From positions 20,765 through 84,764 of the forward strand of contig CAZGPK010000002.1 in NCBI GenBank assembly GCA_964527115.1: 64,000 nucleotides of DNA, read 5' to 3'. A model generated the notes under the pieces. It searched no databases. It worked only from the letters and a program-made list of their open reading frames with translations, and was not told where the DNA came from. This DNA is from an uncultured Gammaproteobacteria bacterium. GTDB taxonomy: Bacteria > Patescibacteriota > Microgenomatia > UBA12405 > CAZGPK01. The position numbers were made by a program, and so were the translations under genes. This document shows, one piece after another, positions 27,348 through 39,132 of the stretch (the first letter of the stretch is position 1; each line of letters begins with the position of its first letter).

Positions 27348-29972
27348 TTAGATTTGTTTTTTAAGGCAGGCTAGGGCAGTAATGTGGTCGCCCTCTTTGG
27401 GGCGCATGAGGATGACGCCCTGGGTGGCTCGACCCAAGACAGGGATATTTTTTACTGGAAGCTTGACGGTCATGGCCTTGCGGGTGCTAAGGATAATTTG
27501 GGTAGTTTTTTCAGAGACAATACTGGCGCAGGCCACTTCTCCTGTTTTTTTAGTAAGATTGGCTACTTTTACACCCACCCCCCCGCGCTTTTGTAGAGGA
27601 TATGAATAGACATCGGTTCTTTTGCCGATGCCACGTTGAGTGGCAACCAAAAGGTGGCGGAAGATTTTGTGGCGACGGTCCTTGGGGGGTGGAAGTTTGG
27701 CAGGAATAGTGCTCATGTTGATGACCTCATTGCCTTCTTTTAAGGAAATACCTCGGACGCCGCGGCTGTGGCGGCCCATGGGGCGGATGTCGGACTCGGC
27801 AAAGCGAATACATTTACCGTTGCGGCTGACTAAAAAGATTTGTTGAGAGCCGCTGGTGAGGCGGGCCCAGGCTAGCTCATCACTTGGATCAAGGCGGATG
27901 GCAATGAGACCGTTTTGACGGATGTTTTTGTATTTTACTAATTCGGTTTTTTTGACAACGCCCTTGATGGTAGCTAAAACTACAAAAAGATAAGGGCTAT
28001 CTTTTTTGACGGGAAGGATAGTTTGGATTTCTTCGCCTTGGTCAATATTAATAAGATTGATGATGGCCTGACCCTTGGCCTGGCGACTGCTGTCGGGGAT
28101 TTCCCAGGCCCGAAGCCGGAAGCAACGGCCTTTATTCGTGAAGAAAAGGAGATAATCGTGAGTGTTGGCCGACAAAAGGTGGGCGATTTCATCTTCTTCT
28201 TTGGTGGTCATACCAACAACCCCCTTCCCTCCCCTCTTTTGAGAGCGGTAGGTGTCACGAGGAACTCTTTTGATGTAGCCGGTGTGGGTGACAGTGATGA
28301 TGACGTCTTTTTCGGGAATTAGATCTTCCTCACTTAAGGAATTGAGTTCTTGAGAGACAATGCGGGTACGGCGTTTGTCGGGATAGCGCTCCATGATTTC
28401 TTGATTTTCGTTTTTCAGGATCTTTAGGAGTTTTTCGGGGCGAGTGAGAATGCTAATAAGATTGGTAATAGTTTTTTGAATTTCTTTATATTCGTCTTCT
28501 ACTTTTTGGCGTTCTAGTGCGGCTAGGCGGCGAAGTTGCATGTCAAGGATGGCTACAGCCTGAAGGTCGCTTAAACCAAAGCGTTTAATCAGGTTTTCTT
28601 TTGCCTGGTCGGCGTCAGGTGAGCGTTTAATAGTTTCGATAACCTCATCGAGGTTGTCGAGGGCAATTTTTAAGCCTTCCAGAATGTGGGCGCGCATTTT
28701 AGCTTCTTCCAGATCAAAAATGGTGCGGCGGCGAATAATTTCTTCGCGGTGTTTGAGGAAAAGAAGGAGAGCTTGGCGAAGGTTGATAGTTAAAGGGACA
28801 CCGTCAACAAGGGTAACGATATTGGCTGGATAGCTCGTTTGTAGCTGGGTATATTTATAGAGCTTGTTAAGAATTGATTTAGGTTGGGAGGCTTTTTTAA
28901 GGTCAACAACAACACGGATACCCTGGCGGTCTGATTCGTCTCTTAGGTCAGAAATGCCAATGATTTTTTTGTCTTTGGCCAGGTCGGCGATTTTGGCAAC
29001 GAGTTCTGATTTGTTTACCTGGTAAGGGAGTTGGGAAATGATAATTTGGAAACGCCCGCTTTTATTTTCCTGAATTTCCGCTTTTCCCCGAACAATGACC
29101 TTTCCCCTGCCGGTTTGGTAGATTTCCAGAATAGATTTTTTGCCGTAGATAATGCCGGCGGTGGGAAAGTCAGGGCCTTTGACAAAGGTAGCTAAATCTT
29201 CTGGGGTAACAGTGGTTTCAAATTTAAAGTGATGATGGCGGTACTGATTCAAGTCGAAAAGAATTTTTTCACGAGTAGAAAGTTTATCTAAAGGTAGGGC
29301 AAGATTTGGTAGATTATTATTTTCAACTTGCTCTAGGCTGGAATTTTCCAGGATGTGGTTTATGGCTTGGCAAAGTTCTTGGAGATTGTGGGGCGGGATC
29401 TTAGTAGCGAAACCAACAGCGATGCCGTCGGCTCCATTTAAAAGGAGGTTGGGGATACGGGCTGGCAGAACGGTAGGCTCTTGCAGGGAATCGTCGAAGT
29501 TGGAGCTGGTGTTAACGGTGTTTTTGCGAATATCGTTTAAGAGATCTTGGCTAGTGCGGGCGAGACGCATTTCCGTATAACGCATGGCGGCGGGAGGATC
29601 ACCGTCAATGGAACCAAAGTTTCCTTGGCCGTCAACCAAAAGATAGCGCAGGGAAAAACCTTGGGCCATACGAACGGCGGCCATATAGACTGAGGAGTCA
29701 CCGTGGGGGTGGTATTTACCTAAAACCTCGCCGATAACTTTGGCTGATTTGACGTATTTACCGCCTGGAGTAAGGCCCATTTGGTGCATGGCAAAAAGAA
29801 TGCGGCGCTGAACTGGTTTTAGCCCGTCGCGAACATCAGGTAGGGCTCTTTCCACAATGACGCTCATGGCATAATCCAGATAGCTTTTTTCCATTTCTTG
29901 GACGATGCTAATTTCCCGTACATTTTTGGCAACGGTAATTTCTGGTTGATTTTTTGGGTTATCGTCTTTCAT
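27348..29972 (-). CDS. gyrA: DNA gyrase subunit A
   Basis: [25 protein letters not shown], GyrA-box QKRGGKG. Confidence 0.98.
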   Translation of the reverse strand: MKDDNPKNQPEITVAKNVREISIVQEMEKSYLDYAMSVIVERALPDVRDGLKPVQRRILFAMHQMGLTPGGKYVKSAKVIGEVLGKYHPHGDSSVYMAAVRMAQGFSLRYLLVDGQGNFGSIDGDPPAAMRYTEMRLARTSQDLLNDIRKNTVNTSSNFDDSLQEPTVLPARIPNLLLNGADGIAVGFATKIPPHNLQELCQAINHILENSSLEQVENNNLPNLALPLDKLSTREKILFDLNQYRHHHFKFETTVTPEDLATFVKGPDFPTAGIIYGKKSILEIYQTGRGKVIVRGKAEIQENKSGRFQIIISQLPYQVNKSELVAKIADLAKDKKIIGISDLRDESDRQGIRVVVDLKKASQPKSILNKLYKYTQLQTSYPANIVTLVDGVPLTINLRQALLLFLKHREEIIRRRTIFDLEEAKMRAHILEGLKIALDNLDEVIETIKRSPDADQAKENLIKRFGLSDLQAVAILDMQLRRLAALERQKVEDEYKEIQKTITNLISILTRPEKLLKILKNENQEIMERYPDKRRTRIVSQELNSLSEEDLIPEKDVIITVTHTGYIKRVPRDTYRSQKRGGKGVVGMTTKEEDEIAHLLSANTHDYLLFFTNKGRCFRLRAWEIPDSSRQAKGQAIINLINIDQGEEIQTILPVKKDSPYLFVVLATIKGVVKKTELVKYKNIRQNGLIAIRLDPSDELAWARLTSGSQQIFLVSRNGKCIRFAESDIRPMGRHSRGVRGISLKEGNEVINMSTIPAKLPPPKDRRHKIFRHLLVATQRGIGKRTDVYSYPLQKRGGVGVKVANLTKKTGEVACASIVSEKTTQIILSTRKAMTVKLPVKNIPVLGRATQGVILMRPKEGDHITALACLKKQI

Positions 29973-29984
29973 TTTAAGATAAGT

Positions 29985-31997
<2,013 letters not shown>

Positions 31998-32087
31998 TTA
32001 GGGTTCAATGGGCAATTTTTGCCTATTTATAGGAGTTATTTTTGTGATTTTTTTAGAAGTTCTTGAAGGGCGTGTTATGATCCTTTT

Positions 32088-32867
32088 ATGCGAAAAAGAC
32101 CAGCCTTTGATGACATTTTTAAATTTGGAGATGCGCGGATAAATTATCGGGTTTTAGGGGCTGGAAAATCAGTAATTTTATTGCATGGATCAATGGCCAG
32201 TCGGGTTTGGGAAGGCTTTGATAAGGAGTTGGCAAAATATTTTAAAGTTTATGTTTTAGAGTTGCCGGGTTTTGGGGCTTCGGATACGGTTAAAGGCGAG
32301 CGGCACAATACCGATCTTTTTGCCAAAGTATTGGGTGCTTTTGCTAAAAATATGGATTTAGTTCGGGTGCCGGTTTTGGCGTTTTCTTTGGGGACGCTGG
32401 TGGCGCTTAAGGCGGCGGCAAAGGGGTTTGTTTTGGGAAAACTGGTTTTGGTGGGAGTGCCGGGGCGAGTAAATGGTGGAGCTGGGTTTTTTGATGTGGT
32501 AATCCCCTATTTGCTGAAGAGATCGCTTTTTTCTTCTTGGTGGGGAAAGCGGATTTTGGGAGTTTTGCTTTTGACTAATGTGGGGCGCGCGGGGAAACGA
32601 AAGGCAGGCAATTTTTTAAAGATTTTAGAACAGACGGATTGGCGCTCGGTGGTGGAAATAAACTATAAAAAAGAAATTGAGGAAGATTTACCGAAGGCCT
32701 TAAAGAAGGCTAAAAACAAGAAACTTTTTCTTTATGGAGAATATGATCTTTTAAAAAATACTACCCAAGAAATGATAAGAAGTTACGAGATAGTGCCAAA
32801 AGCGGGACATAATGCTTTTCGAGGAAACAAGAAGGAAACTTTGGCAAAAATTAGAAAGTTTTTGTAG
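32088..32867 (+). CDS. Alpha/beta hydrolase
   Basis: LLHG, LPGFGAS, AFSLG nucleophile elbow, GEYD, AGH. Confidence 0.9.
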   Translation: MRKRPAFDDIFKFGDARINYRVLGAGKSVILLHGSMASRVWEGFDKELAKYFKVYVLELPGFGASDTVKGERHNTDLFAKVLGAFAKNMDLVRVPVLAFSLGTLVALKAAAKGFVLGKLVLVGVPGRVNGGAGFFDVVIPYLLKRSLFSSWWGKRILGVLLLTNVGRAGKRKAGNFLKILEQTDWRSVVEINYKKEIEEDLPKALKKAKNKKLFLYGEYDLLKNTTQEMIRSYEIVPKAGHNAFRGNKKETLAKIRKFL

Positions 32868-33381
32868 ATTCTAGATAGTGGTAAATAACGGCGCTGGCGC
32901 TGACTAGGACATTTAAGGAGCGATTGATGCCAAACATGGGGATTTCTACTTTTTGGTCAACTACTTTTAGGGCGGCAGAGCTAATGCCATCTGATTCGTT
33001 ACCAAGAACAAGAGCGAGTTTTTTAGGGTATTTGACCAGGTGGTAGGGAGTGGATTTTTTGGTTTGTTCAATGGCAATTGTTTGATAACCTTCTTTTTTA
33101 AGCTTTAAAATAGCGGGGATGGCAGAGCGCTGTTGTTCCCAAGGAACCCATTTCCAGGTGCCGACGGAGGCGCGATGGATTTTAATGTTGGGAGGAGTGA
33201 CGGTTGGGCCGCAGAGGATAATTTTTTCGGCAGCAACGGCGTCAGCTAGGCGAAAAAAAGAGCCAATATTGAAAGTATCGAGAATGCCATCAAGAACAAT
33301 GACAAGGGGGTTGCGCCTAATTTGAGAAAGATCCTCAGCTTTAGGATGGGAGACTCTTAGCTCTTTGGCGTTTAGGACCAT
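32851..33381 (-). CDS. SpoU/TrmH RNA methyltransferase
   Basis: NIGSFFRLAD, LGNESDG, IPMFG..RSLNV. Confidence 0.93.
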   Translation of the reverse strand: MVLNAKELRVSHPKAEDLSQIRRNPLVIVLDGILDTFNIGSFFRLADAVAAEKIILCGPTVTPPNIKIHRASVGTWKWVPWEQQRSAIPAILKLKKEGYQTIAIEQTKKSTPYHLVKYPKKLALVLGNESDGISSAALKVVDQKVEIPMFGINRSLNVLVSASAVIYHYLESTKTF

Positions 33382-33384
33382 TTT

Positions 33385-34353
33385 TTAGCAACCACCGGCC
33401 GCGGCGGCTTGAGTGGAATCTTCTTGGGAAAGCTCAGTTTTACAGGCCTTGGGGGCTTTTTTGAATCCGGCACAGATTGCTTCTTTTAATGTGTCGGAAG
33501 TTCGGTATTGAGTTTGTTCGATAACTTTTTTACCGATTTTCAAACTAGCTTTTCCGGCTTGGTCGTAGGCCGCCTCTGGGGGAAAATTTTCTCCGTTGAC
33601 CAGGAAAGTGGGAGAGCCATAGGCCTGGTAACGGTCAGACTCGGCTAATTCTGATTCGATAATATCGATCGCTTTTTCATTGAAACAGAGTTTGATGGCT
33701 TCGGTGTCAAATCCTGCTTTTTTGGCTAGTGGTTCCCAGCAATTGTCGACATTTTCACTATTGCAGTCTTGATTTACAGACAGGACGAAGTCCCACCAGG
33801 CTTTTTGGCTGGGAGTGTTTTTAGCGGCACAAATCTCGCGAACGTTTTGATTTAGTTCGCCTCGGCCGTGAAGGGCGGAATAGGCAACACCGTCTTTTTC
33901 TAAGAGGTATTTATTTTTACACTCGGCCAAAGAGTCAACAAACTGAGCCTTACACTCGGCTTGGGTTTGAAAATATCCCTGAGTAATGTATTCCTGGCAG
34001 GAAGCTTGGCTGTAAATACGGGGGGTGCAAAACCCGTTGATATCATCAACGCGGGAGAAAATATAGTGGGTTTCGATATTAGCCTCTTCACCTAAAAGAT
34101 CAACGACCGGGGCCAAGGCCTCTTCGGCTTGGTTACCGTAAGGGCAGAAGCTCATGGTGAAAAACTTGAAGGTGGATTTTTCTTCGGCGCTAGGTTCAAA
34201 GGCAACGGCGGAGACAGAGCTAGTTTGGTTGGTAGTTATTTTGGCAGAGAGGCTGCCGGCTAAAAAGGCGGCGGCGGCAATAATTACAGCAAAAATAATG
34301 AAATTTAAACGGGGCATGCTGATTTTTTTATTATTTTTTATTTTCTTGATCAT
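33385..34353 (-). CDS. Exported thioredoxin-fold (DsbA/GILT-like) protein
   Basis: TM; MSFCPYG; LHGRGELNQN..EIC; GSPTFLVNG. Confidence 0.8.
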   Translation of the reverse strand: MIKKIKNNKKISMPRLNFIIFAVIIAAAAFLAGSLSAKITTNQTSSVSAVAFEPSAEEKSTFKFFTMSFCPYGNQAEEALAPVVDLLGEEANIETHYIFSRVDDINGFCTPRIYSQASCQEYITQGYFQTQAECKAQFVDSLAECKNKYLLEKDGVAYSALHGRGELNQNVREICAAKNTPSQKAWWDFVLSVNQDCNSENVDNCWEPLAKKAGFDTEAIKLCFNEKAIDIIESELAESDRYQAYGSPTFLVNGENFPPEAAYDQAGKASLKIGKKVIEQTQYRTSDTLKEAICAGFKKAPKACKTELSQEDSTQAAAAGGC

Positions 34354-34412
34354 TTTTAGGATTTTTTAAAATATAAATTAAGAGAGGTATTTTATAAGAC
34401 CCAGACAGTATA

Positions 34413-34625
34413 TCATTTTTTTTGAAAGGAAATGCCAGAGGTAGGACAAGAGACTATGGCAAGCTTGGCTTTTGCCAATTCTTCTGGCGTTTGTGGTTGT
34501 TTTTTTATTTTGGCTTTACCGGTTTGAGGGTTAATGGTAAAAATTTCTGGTGCTAAGGCGACACAGGTGCCGCAACCTAAACATTTGCTTTGGTCTATGG
34601 CGAGCGTTTGGTTGGTTTTTGACAT
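34413..34625 (-). CDS. Ferredoxin (single cluster)
   Basis: CLGCGTC...CP. Confidence 0.92.
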   Translation of the reverse strand: MSKTNQTLAIDQSKCLGCGTCVALAPEIFTINPQTGKAKIKKQPQTPEELAKAKLAIVSCPTSGISFQKK

Positions 34626-34666
34626 AAGTGAAGAAGATTATTAAGGAAAAGATATTTTTTGTCAAT

Positions 34667-35173
34667 TTAGGAGCGGTATTTACGGCCGATGGGATTTTGG
34701 TTTAGAAAAAGACCAGTTTCATCAATGACATTTAGAATGAGACTGGCCCTTTCGATAGCTTCGGGAAGGCTGAGGTTTTTAAGATTGTGAGGGAACCAAT
34801 GGAAAATTTCATTACGGGAATTTTTCCAGGCGTGCCAGAGTTTTTCGGCTAAAAGTTCGCCCTTTGGGTCGAGGTCGGCCAGGCGTTGGTAGATAGAAAA
34901 GCGCTTGTAGCGAAGAGAAGGATTGAGAGTTTTCCCTACCCGAAAGTGATCAGAGCGATGAAGGCGTAGATCAATAAGGTCAATTTTAAGGAAAAAATCT
35001 TTTAAAAAGCCTTCATAGGCTTTGGCAAAGGGGGCCACGAGAAATGAATAATCATTCATTTTTCCAGATAAGTGTTGTTTGGTTGATTCAATGAGGATTG
35101 CTCCGTCTTGGACTAGTTTTTTTTGGTTTGGACTGAGATATTTTTGAGCTTTAGTTAGTTGGGCATTATCCAT
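34667..35173 (-). CDS. HEPN-domain protein, RnlA (RNase LS) C-terminal-like
   Basis: DYSFLVAPFAKAYEGFLK and RNEIFH (RxxxxH). Confidence 0.7.
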   Translation of the reverse strand: MDNAQLTKAQKYLSPNQKKLVQDGAILIESTKQHLSGKMNDYSFLVAPFAKAYEGFLKDFFLKIDLIDLRLHRSDHFRVGKTLNPSLRYKRFSIYQRLADLDPKGELLAEKLWHAWKNSRNEIFHWFPHNLKNLSLPEAIERASLILNVIDETGLFLNQNPIGRKYRS

Positions 35174-35182
35174 TTTTTTGTT

Positions 35183-35755
35183 TTAAGAGTTTAAAAGAAA
35201 AAGAAAGAAAAGGAAGAGGCATGAGGAAAGCAGAAGTAGATAAAGCTCAAGAGCTTTGTCGGTTAAGCGGACTAAGTGGCTGCGGGCAAAGAGCCAAATT
35301 TTTAAATCCTGGCGGCGCAGATAAAAATCCTTGAGGCAGTCAGAGAGAAGATGAAGATTTAAAGAGAAGACTAGGGATTTGGCAAAAATCGAAGAGGTTG
35401 AACTCAAGATAAAAAAAGTTAAAGGGAGAAGGAGAAGCTGGAAATGGAAGTGGTGAAAAGTGAGGTTGTTGTGGGAGAGGTGGTAATGAGCCAGATGGGC
35501 TAGGAGTTGGGGATAATTTTTAGAAAGAAGAATTTTTTTGGCTTCCTGGGATTCCGGCAGATTAGGGTGGGTGACAAACCAGTAGACAGGGTGGTCTAAA
35601 TCCAAAAGGAAAGAGCCAAGACCCATGCCTAAGAAAAGACTTAGGAAGGAGAAAAATGGGCTTTCTTTTAAAAGCCAAATAAGGGAAAGAAGAAGAGTGA
35701 GGGTGGCAGTGGGAACAAGATGAAGAGTTAGTTCTCTTTTTAGCTCTGGGGGCAT
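35183..35755 (-). CDS. Membrane-bound metal-dependent hydrolase-like protein
   Basis: TM helices; LDLDH, H-rich segment, HLLSD. Confidence 0.7.
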   Translation of the reverse strand: MPPELKRELTLHLVPTATLTLLLSLIWLLKESPFFSFLSLFLGMGLGSFLLDLDHPVYWFVTHPNLPESQEAKKILLSKNYPQLLAHLAHYHLSHNNLTFHHFHFQLLLLPLTFFILSSTSSIFAKSLVFSLNLHLLSDCLKDFYLRRQDLKIWLFARSHLVRLTDKALELYLLLLSSCLFLFFLFLLNS

Positions 35756-35801
35756 ACTAACAGTATTAAGTAGTAGTAGAGAGGGTGCAAGGACGAAAAA
35801 G

Positions 35802-36953
35802 TTATTTTTTACTCTTTTGGGTTAGTGTCTGCATTTTCAAAAGGGCTTTTTGGCGGTTGGGGTTTTTAAAATGGGTACGGGCTGGGGCCAGTTTTTCAAT
35901 TAACCAATCCCCTACCCCATTTTTAAGGTCGAGGGGGTGGAGAAGGCCTTTTTGGTAGTCATGTTTTATTTTTTCAATATCACGGTAAACTTTGGGACCA
36001 CCAAATTTGGCCGGACGGGAAAGGCGAAGTTCACCTGTTTTTTCTCCCCAGAAGACCAAGGTTTCTACCCAGTTAATCAGGGGATTGTGTTCCAGAATTT
36101 GTGGTGGGCAGTAAGCAGTTTTAATTTTAGCGCGGATTTCTTCGGGACTATCGTGGACGAAAATAGCTGAGCCGGGCTTAGATTTGCTCATTTTAAGGGC
36201 TTCACTAGTTTCTTGCTGTTTTTTACCCAAATCTTCTTTGGTGGGGGCAGCTAGGCCGGCGACAAGATTATGGTGTATGGCAACGGGGGTAATTATTTGA
36301 CCCTGTTTGTTTTTTAGTGGATTGATAGTTAATTTTTTGGCTACTTGACGAGCAATAACATGAGCCTTTCTTTGGTCAAGGCCGGCGTGGGCAAGGTTTA
36401 CCTGCATAGTGAAAATATCGGCGACTTGAAGTGGGGGGTAGAAAAGGGTGGCCAAGTTAACATCATTACCGGCCTCTTTGCCCATGATGGAAATGGAGCG
36501 AAGGCCGCGGGAGAGAGTGACGTGTTGGCCCACTTCCATGAAGGTTTCCCAGTGGACGGGATTTTCCCGGTAGAGGTCTTTGCCCAAGACAAACTTTAGT
36601 TTCCCCTCCCCTACTCCAAAACAAGCAAGAGAGGCGACTAGCGCCTCTTGGAAATAGGTTTGGGTCATCTCCCTGATAAGCTTCCAGTTGCCGTCGAGTT
36701 TGTGGTTTAGATAGCTGTGAAAGTCGGCCAGGAAGATTTGGCAGGTGGCTCCCGCTTTTAAGAAATCGGCAATTTTTCCCATGCAGATAAGGCCGGTACC
36801 TAAATGAACCAGGCCGGAAATTTCCAGACCAATGTAGTGGTTTAGGGGGGTGTTGGAGACAAGAAGATTCTCAAGATCTTTTTCGGTTAGGATCTCTTGG
36901 CAGTTGCGAGCAATAAGGTGAAATTTTTGTTTTTGATTATGGTTGATGGTCAT
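35802..36953 (-). CDS. tyrS: Tyrosine--tRNA ligase, archaeal/eukaryotic type
   Basis: YIGLEISGLVHLG, YPPLQVAD, GLDQRKAH, KMSKS, KTAYCP, LHPLDLK; no S4 domain. Confidence 0.95.
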   Translation of the reverse strand: MTINHNQKQKFHLIARNCQEILTEKDLENLLVSNTPLNHYIGLEISGLVHLGTGLICMGKIADFLKAGATCQIFLADFHSYLNHKLDGNWKLIREMTQTYFQEALVASLACFGVGEGKLKFVLGKDLYRENPVHWETFMEVGQHVTLSRGLRSISIMGKEAGNDVNLATLFYPPLQVADIFTMQVNLAHAGLDQRKAHVIARQVAKKLTINPLKNKQGQIITPVAIHHNLVAGLAAPTKEDLGKKQQETSEALKMSKSKPGSAIFVHDSPEEIRAKIKTAYCPPQILEHNPLINWVETLVFWGEKTGELRLSRPAKFGGPKVYRDIEKIKHDYQKGLLHPLDLKNGVGDWLIEKLAPARTHFKNPNRQKALLKMQTLTQKSKK

Positions 36954-37012
36954 TTTTTTTGGGAAAAATTTTAATTAAACAGGATAGTTTTGTTAAATGA
37001 AATGGTTTTTTT

Positions 37013-37097
37013 TGGTCCAGGGGGCAGGGTTCGAACCTGCGTAGGCTGAGCCGACGGTTTTACAGACCGTTCCGTTTGACCACTCCGGCACCCCTGG
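37013..37097 (-). tRNA. tRNA-Tyr(GTA) with C1:G72
   Basis: CCAGGGG...ACGGT-CTGTAAA-ACCGT, variable arm GGCTCAGCC, ...CCCCTGG-A-CCA. Confidence 0.95.
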
Positions 37098-37269
37098 TAT
37101 CTTCGTATTTTAAGCGATGGTCGGGGAAAGCTCAACTTTTTATTAAGAATTAAGATTATTAAGAATTAAGAAGAAGAATTTATAATGACTTGACAAGGTT
37201 AGTATTTTTTTGTCATGATGAATCTAGATTATTTTAGATATTTATTGAATATACAGTGGAGCAGTAAAA

Positions 37270-38094
37270 ATGAAAAAATTTCAAGTTTTTTTGATATTCT
37301 CTTTGTTTTTAGGGATTTTAGGAGCATTGGGGGTGGGGGTGGCGGCGAAGAAAGGGGCGGTTTTGGGAGAGCAGAACTCTCAGGATTCGATATTGCCGGG
37401 AACTGCTTCATGTAACGAGATTGACGAAATGGCAAAAAGGACAAGGAGAGTTCATGCCAGTACTTGTGCTGGCGCTGAAGTAAAAGGATTGACGGTAAGT
37501 GCGGCGGATAAAGATTGTGTATCTTCGGGGGGGACCTGTTTTACTAGAAAGGTCGGTAGTTATTCCCGTGATTGCTGTGAAGGTGAGTGTGTGCCGGTTT
37601 CCGGAAGTTCAAGCATTGTGGGCCGCTGTTCTGGAACGAGTACGGCCAAGAAGGCTACTTTAACACCAGTGGCTAAAGAGCCGGTTCAGGAGCAAAATGC
37701 CATGACTTGTCGCTACTTGGCTTTGGGTTTGCGCTATTTGGATTTGGCTAATAAATACTGTGAAAAGGATAATTCTAAGAAGCCAAGCACGACTCCAGCC
37801 AAAAAACAGGAAGAGCCAACTCCTAAAAAGGGAGTACCTACTTCAGTTGAACCAACGAAAGGGAAGGGACAAGTTACTACTGCTCCCCAACCAACCAGCA
37901 GTGGAGGGAAATGTGGTTTGAATTCTTATCAGATATCTGCTCCCTGTGCGGCTGAATCGGGAACGTATAAATATGAAAAGATGAAATATGCTTGTTATGA
38001 TGATTTCTCAGGTGTGGTTGAGGGCGATGGTTGCAAGACTTCTGATGAGTGGTTAAAGATAGCTTCAGAAAATTGCAAGGGTCATTGTCGATAA
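37270..38094 (+). CDS. Secreted Cys-rich protein with Pro/Thr/Lys linker
   Basis: Signal/TM with AVLGE motif; two Cys-rich modules. Confidence 0.8.
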   Translation: MKKFQVFLIFSLFLGILGALGVGVAAKKGAVLGEQNSQDSILPGTASCNEIDEMAKRTRRVHASTCAGAEVKGLTVSAADKDCVSSGGTCFTRKVGSYSRDCCEGECVPVSGSSSIVGRCSGTSTAKKATLTPVAKEPVQEQNAMTCRYLALGLRYLDLANKYCEKDNSKKPSTTPAKKQEEPTPKKGVPTSVEPTKGKGQVTTAPQPTSSGGKCGLNSYQISAPCAAESGTYKYEKMKYACYDDFSGVVEGDGCKTSDEWLKIASENCKGHCR

Positions 38095-38112
38095 AAGGAT
38101 AAAAGATTGTAG

Positions 38113-39132
38113 TTAATAGAATTGTGGTTGGGCGTTGTCTTTGATAATAATGGGGAGAATTTCGGTTTTAATGAGTTTATTTTCCTGGAAGCTGAGGCGG
38201 CTTATAAAGCCTTCACTGGTTTTTTGAGACCAGTTCTGGTCAAAGATGAAATTGCCATGAGAGTAGATGATTAGTTTTTCTTGGTAATATTCCGGTTCTT
38301 GAGTCCAGTGGGGATGGTTGCCCAAGATAATATCGGCGCCCAGGTCGATAGCCAGGCGAGCCAGATGTTTTTGGCGCGGGGTCGGTTGGTGAGTGTATTC
38401 TTCTCCCCAATGAAAAAAGATAATAACAAGATCTGATTTTTCTTTGGCTTTTGGTATTTGTTCTTTTAGGTTTTGATCAGTGCTTGATTGAATGACTTGG
38501 CCTCGTTGGTTTAAGTCGTTATAGGCAAGAAAGGCGATGATTTGGCCTTTGACAGTGGCAAATTGAGGATTGACGAGCCCCAAAACTTTAATGTTGGCGC
38601 CTTGTAGAAGTGAAGTAGTGTTTTCAATCCCCTCTTGGCCCCAGTTCTCACTGTGGTTGTTGGCCAAGGAGACGAGATCAACGCCGGCAAATTTGAGACC
38701 CTCCAAGTGCTCAGGGGGAGCACAAAAAAGCATGCCGGTGGAGCTGGGAGGACAATGTTGGACGAGGGGATTTTCTAGGTTAATAAGGGTGAGGTCGGCA
38801 CTTTTAAGAACAGCGGCGGTTTTTTCCCAGGGCCAGAGGAAGTTATTTTTGGCTTGGGTTTGAACATTAACGAAACGACCCAACATGATGTCACCGGTGC
38901 TGATTAGTGTCCAGGTTTGAGCAGGAGAAGAGGTAGTTGTTTGCTGGCTTGGGACGGGAAGAAAAGGAAAAACAATTGTGGGCAAAAAGGAGCCAGAGGC
39001 AGCGGTTTTTAATTTTTTATTGTGAAAAAAAAGTACAACCAGAAAAGGGAGGAGAAAGGAAAGCAGAAAGAGAGCTTTACTTTTTCTGGAAGAGAAAAAT
39101 GGCGGCCTTTTGGCCGGAGACAAGAATGTCAT
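38113..39132 (-). CDS. CapA (PGA_cap) family metallophosphoesterase
   Basis: GDIMLGR, NLENP, LANNH, HWGEEY, GNHPH, YSHGNFIFDQ. Confidence 0.92.
   Translation of the reverse strand: MTFLSPAKRPPFFSSRKSKALFLLSFLLPFLVVLFFHNKKLKTAASGSFLPTIVFPFLPVPSQQTTTSSPAQTWTLISTGDIMLGRFVNVQTQAKNNFLWPWEKTAAVLKSADLTLINLENPLVQHCPPSSTGMLFCAPPEHLEGLKFAGVDLVSLANNHSENWGQEGIENTTSLLQGANIKVLGLVNPQFATVKGQIIAFLAYNDLNQRGQVIQSSTDQNLKEQIPKAKEKSDLVIIFFHWGEEYTHQPTPRQKHLARLAIDLGADIILGNHPHWTQEPEYYQEKLIIYSHGNFIFDQNWSQKTSEGFISRLSFQENKLIKTEILPIIIKDNAQPQFY

Noticed and set aside
36954-37140. Tyr attenuator or T-box analogous to the His one
   Set aside because: No Tyr-codon uORF, terminator or T-box motif; a promoter abuts the tRNA.
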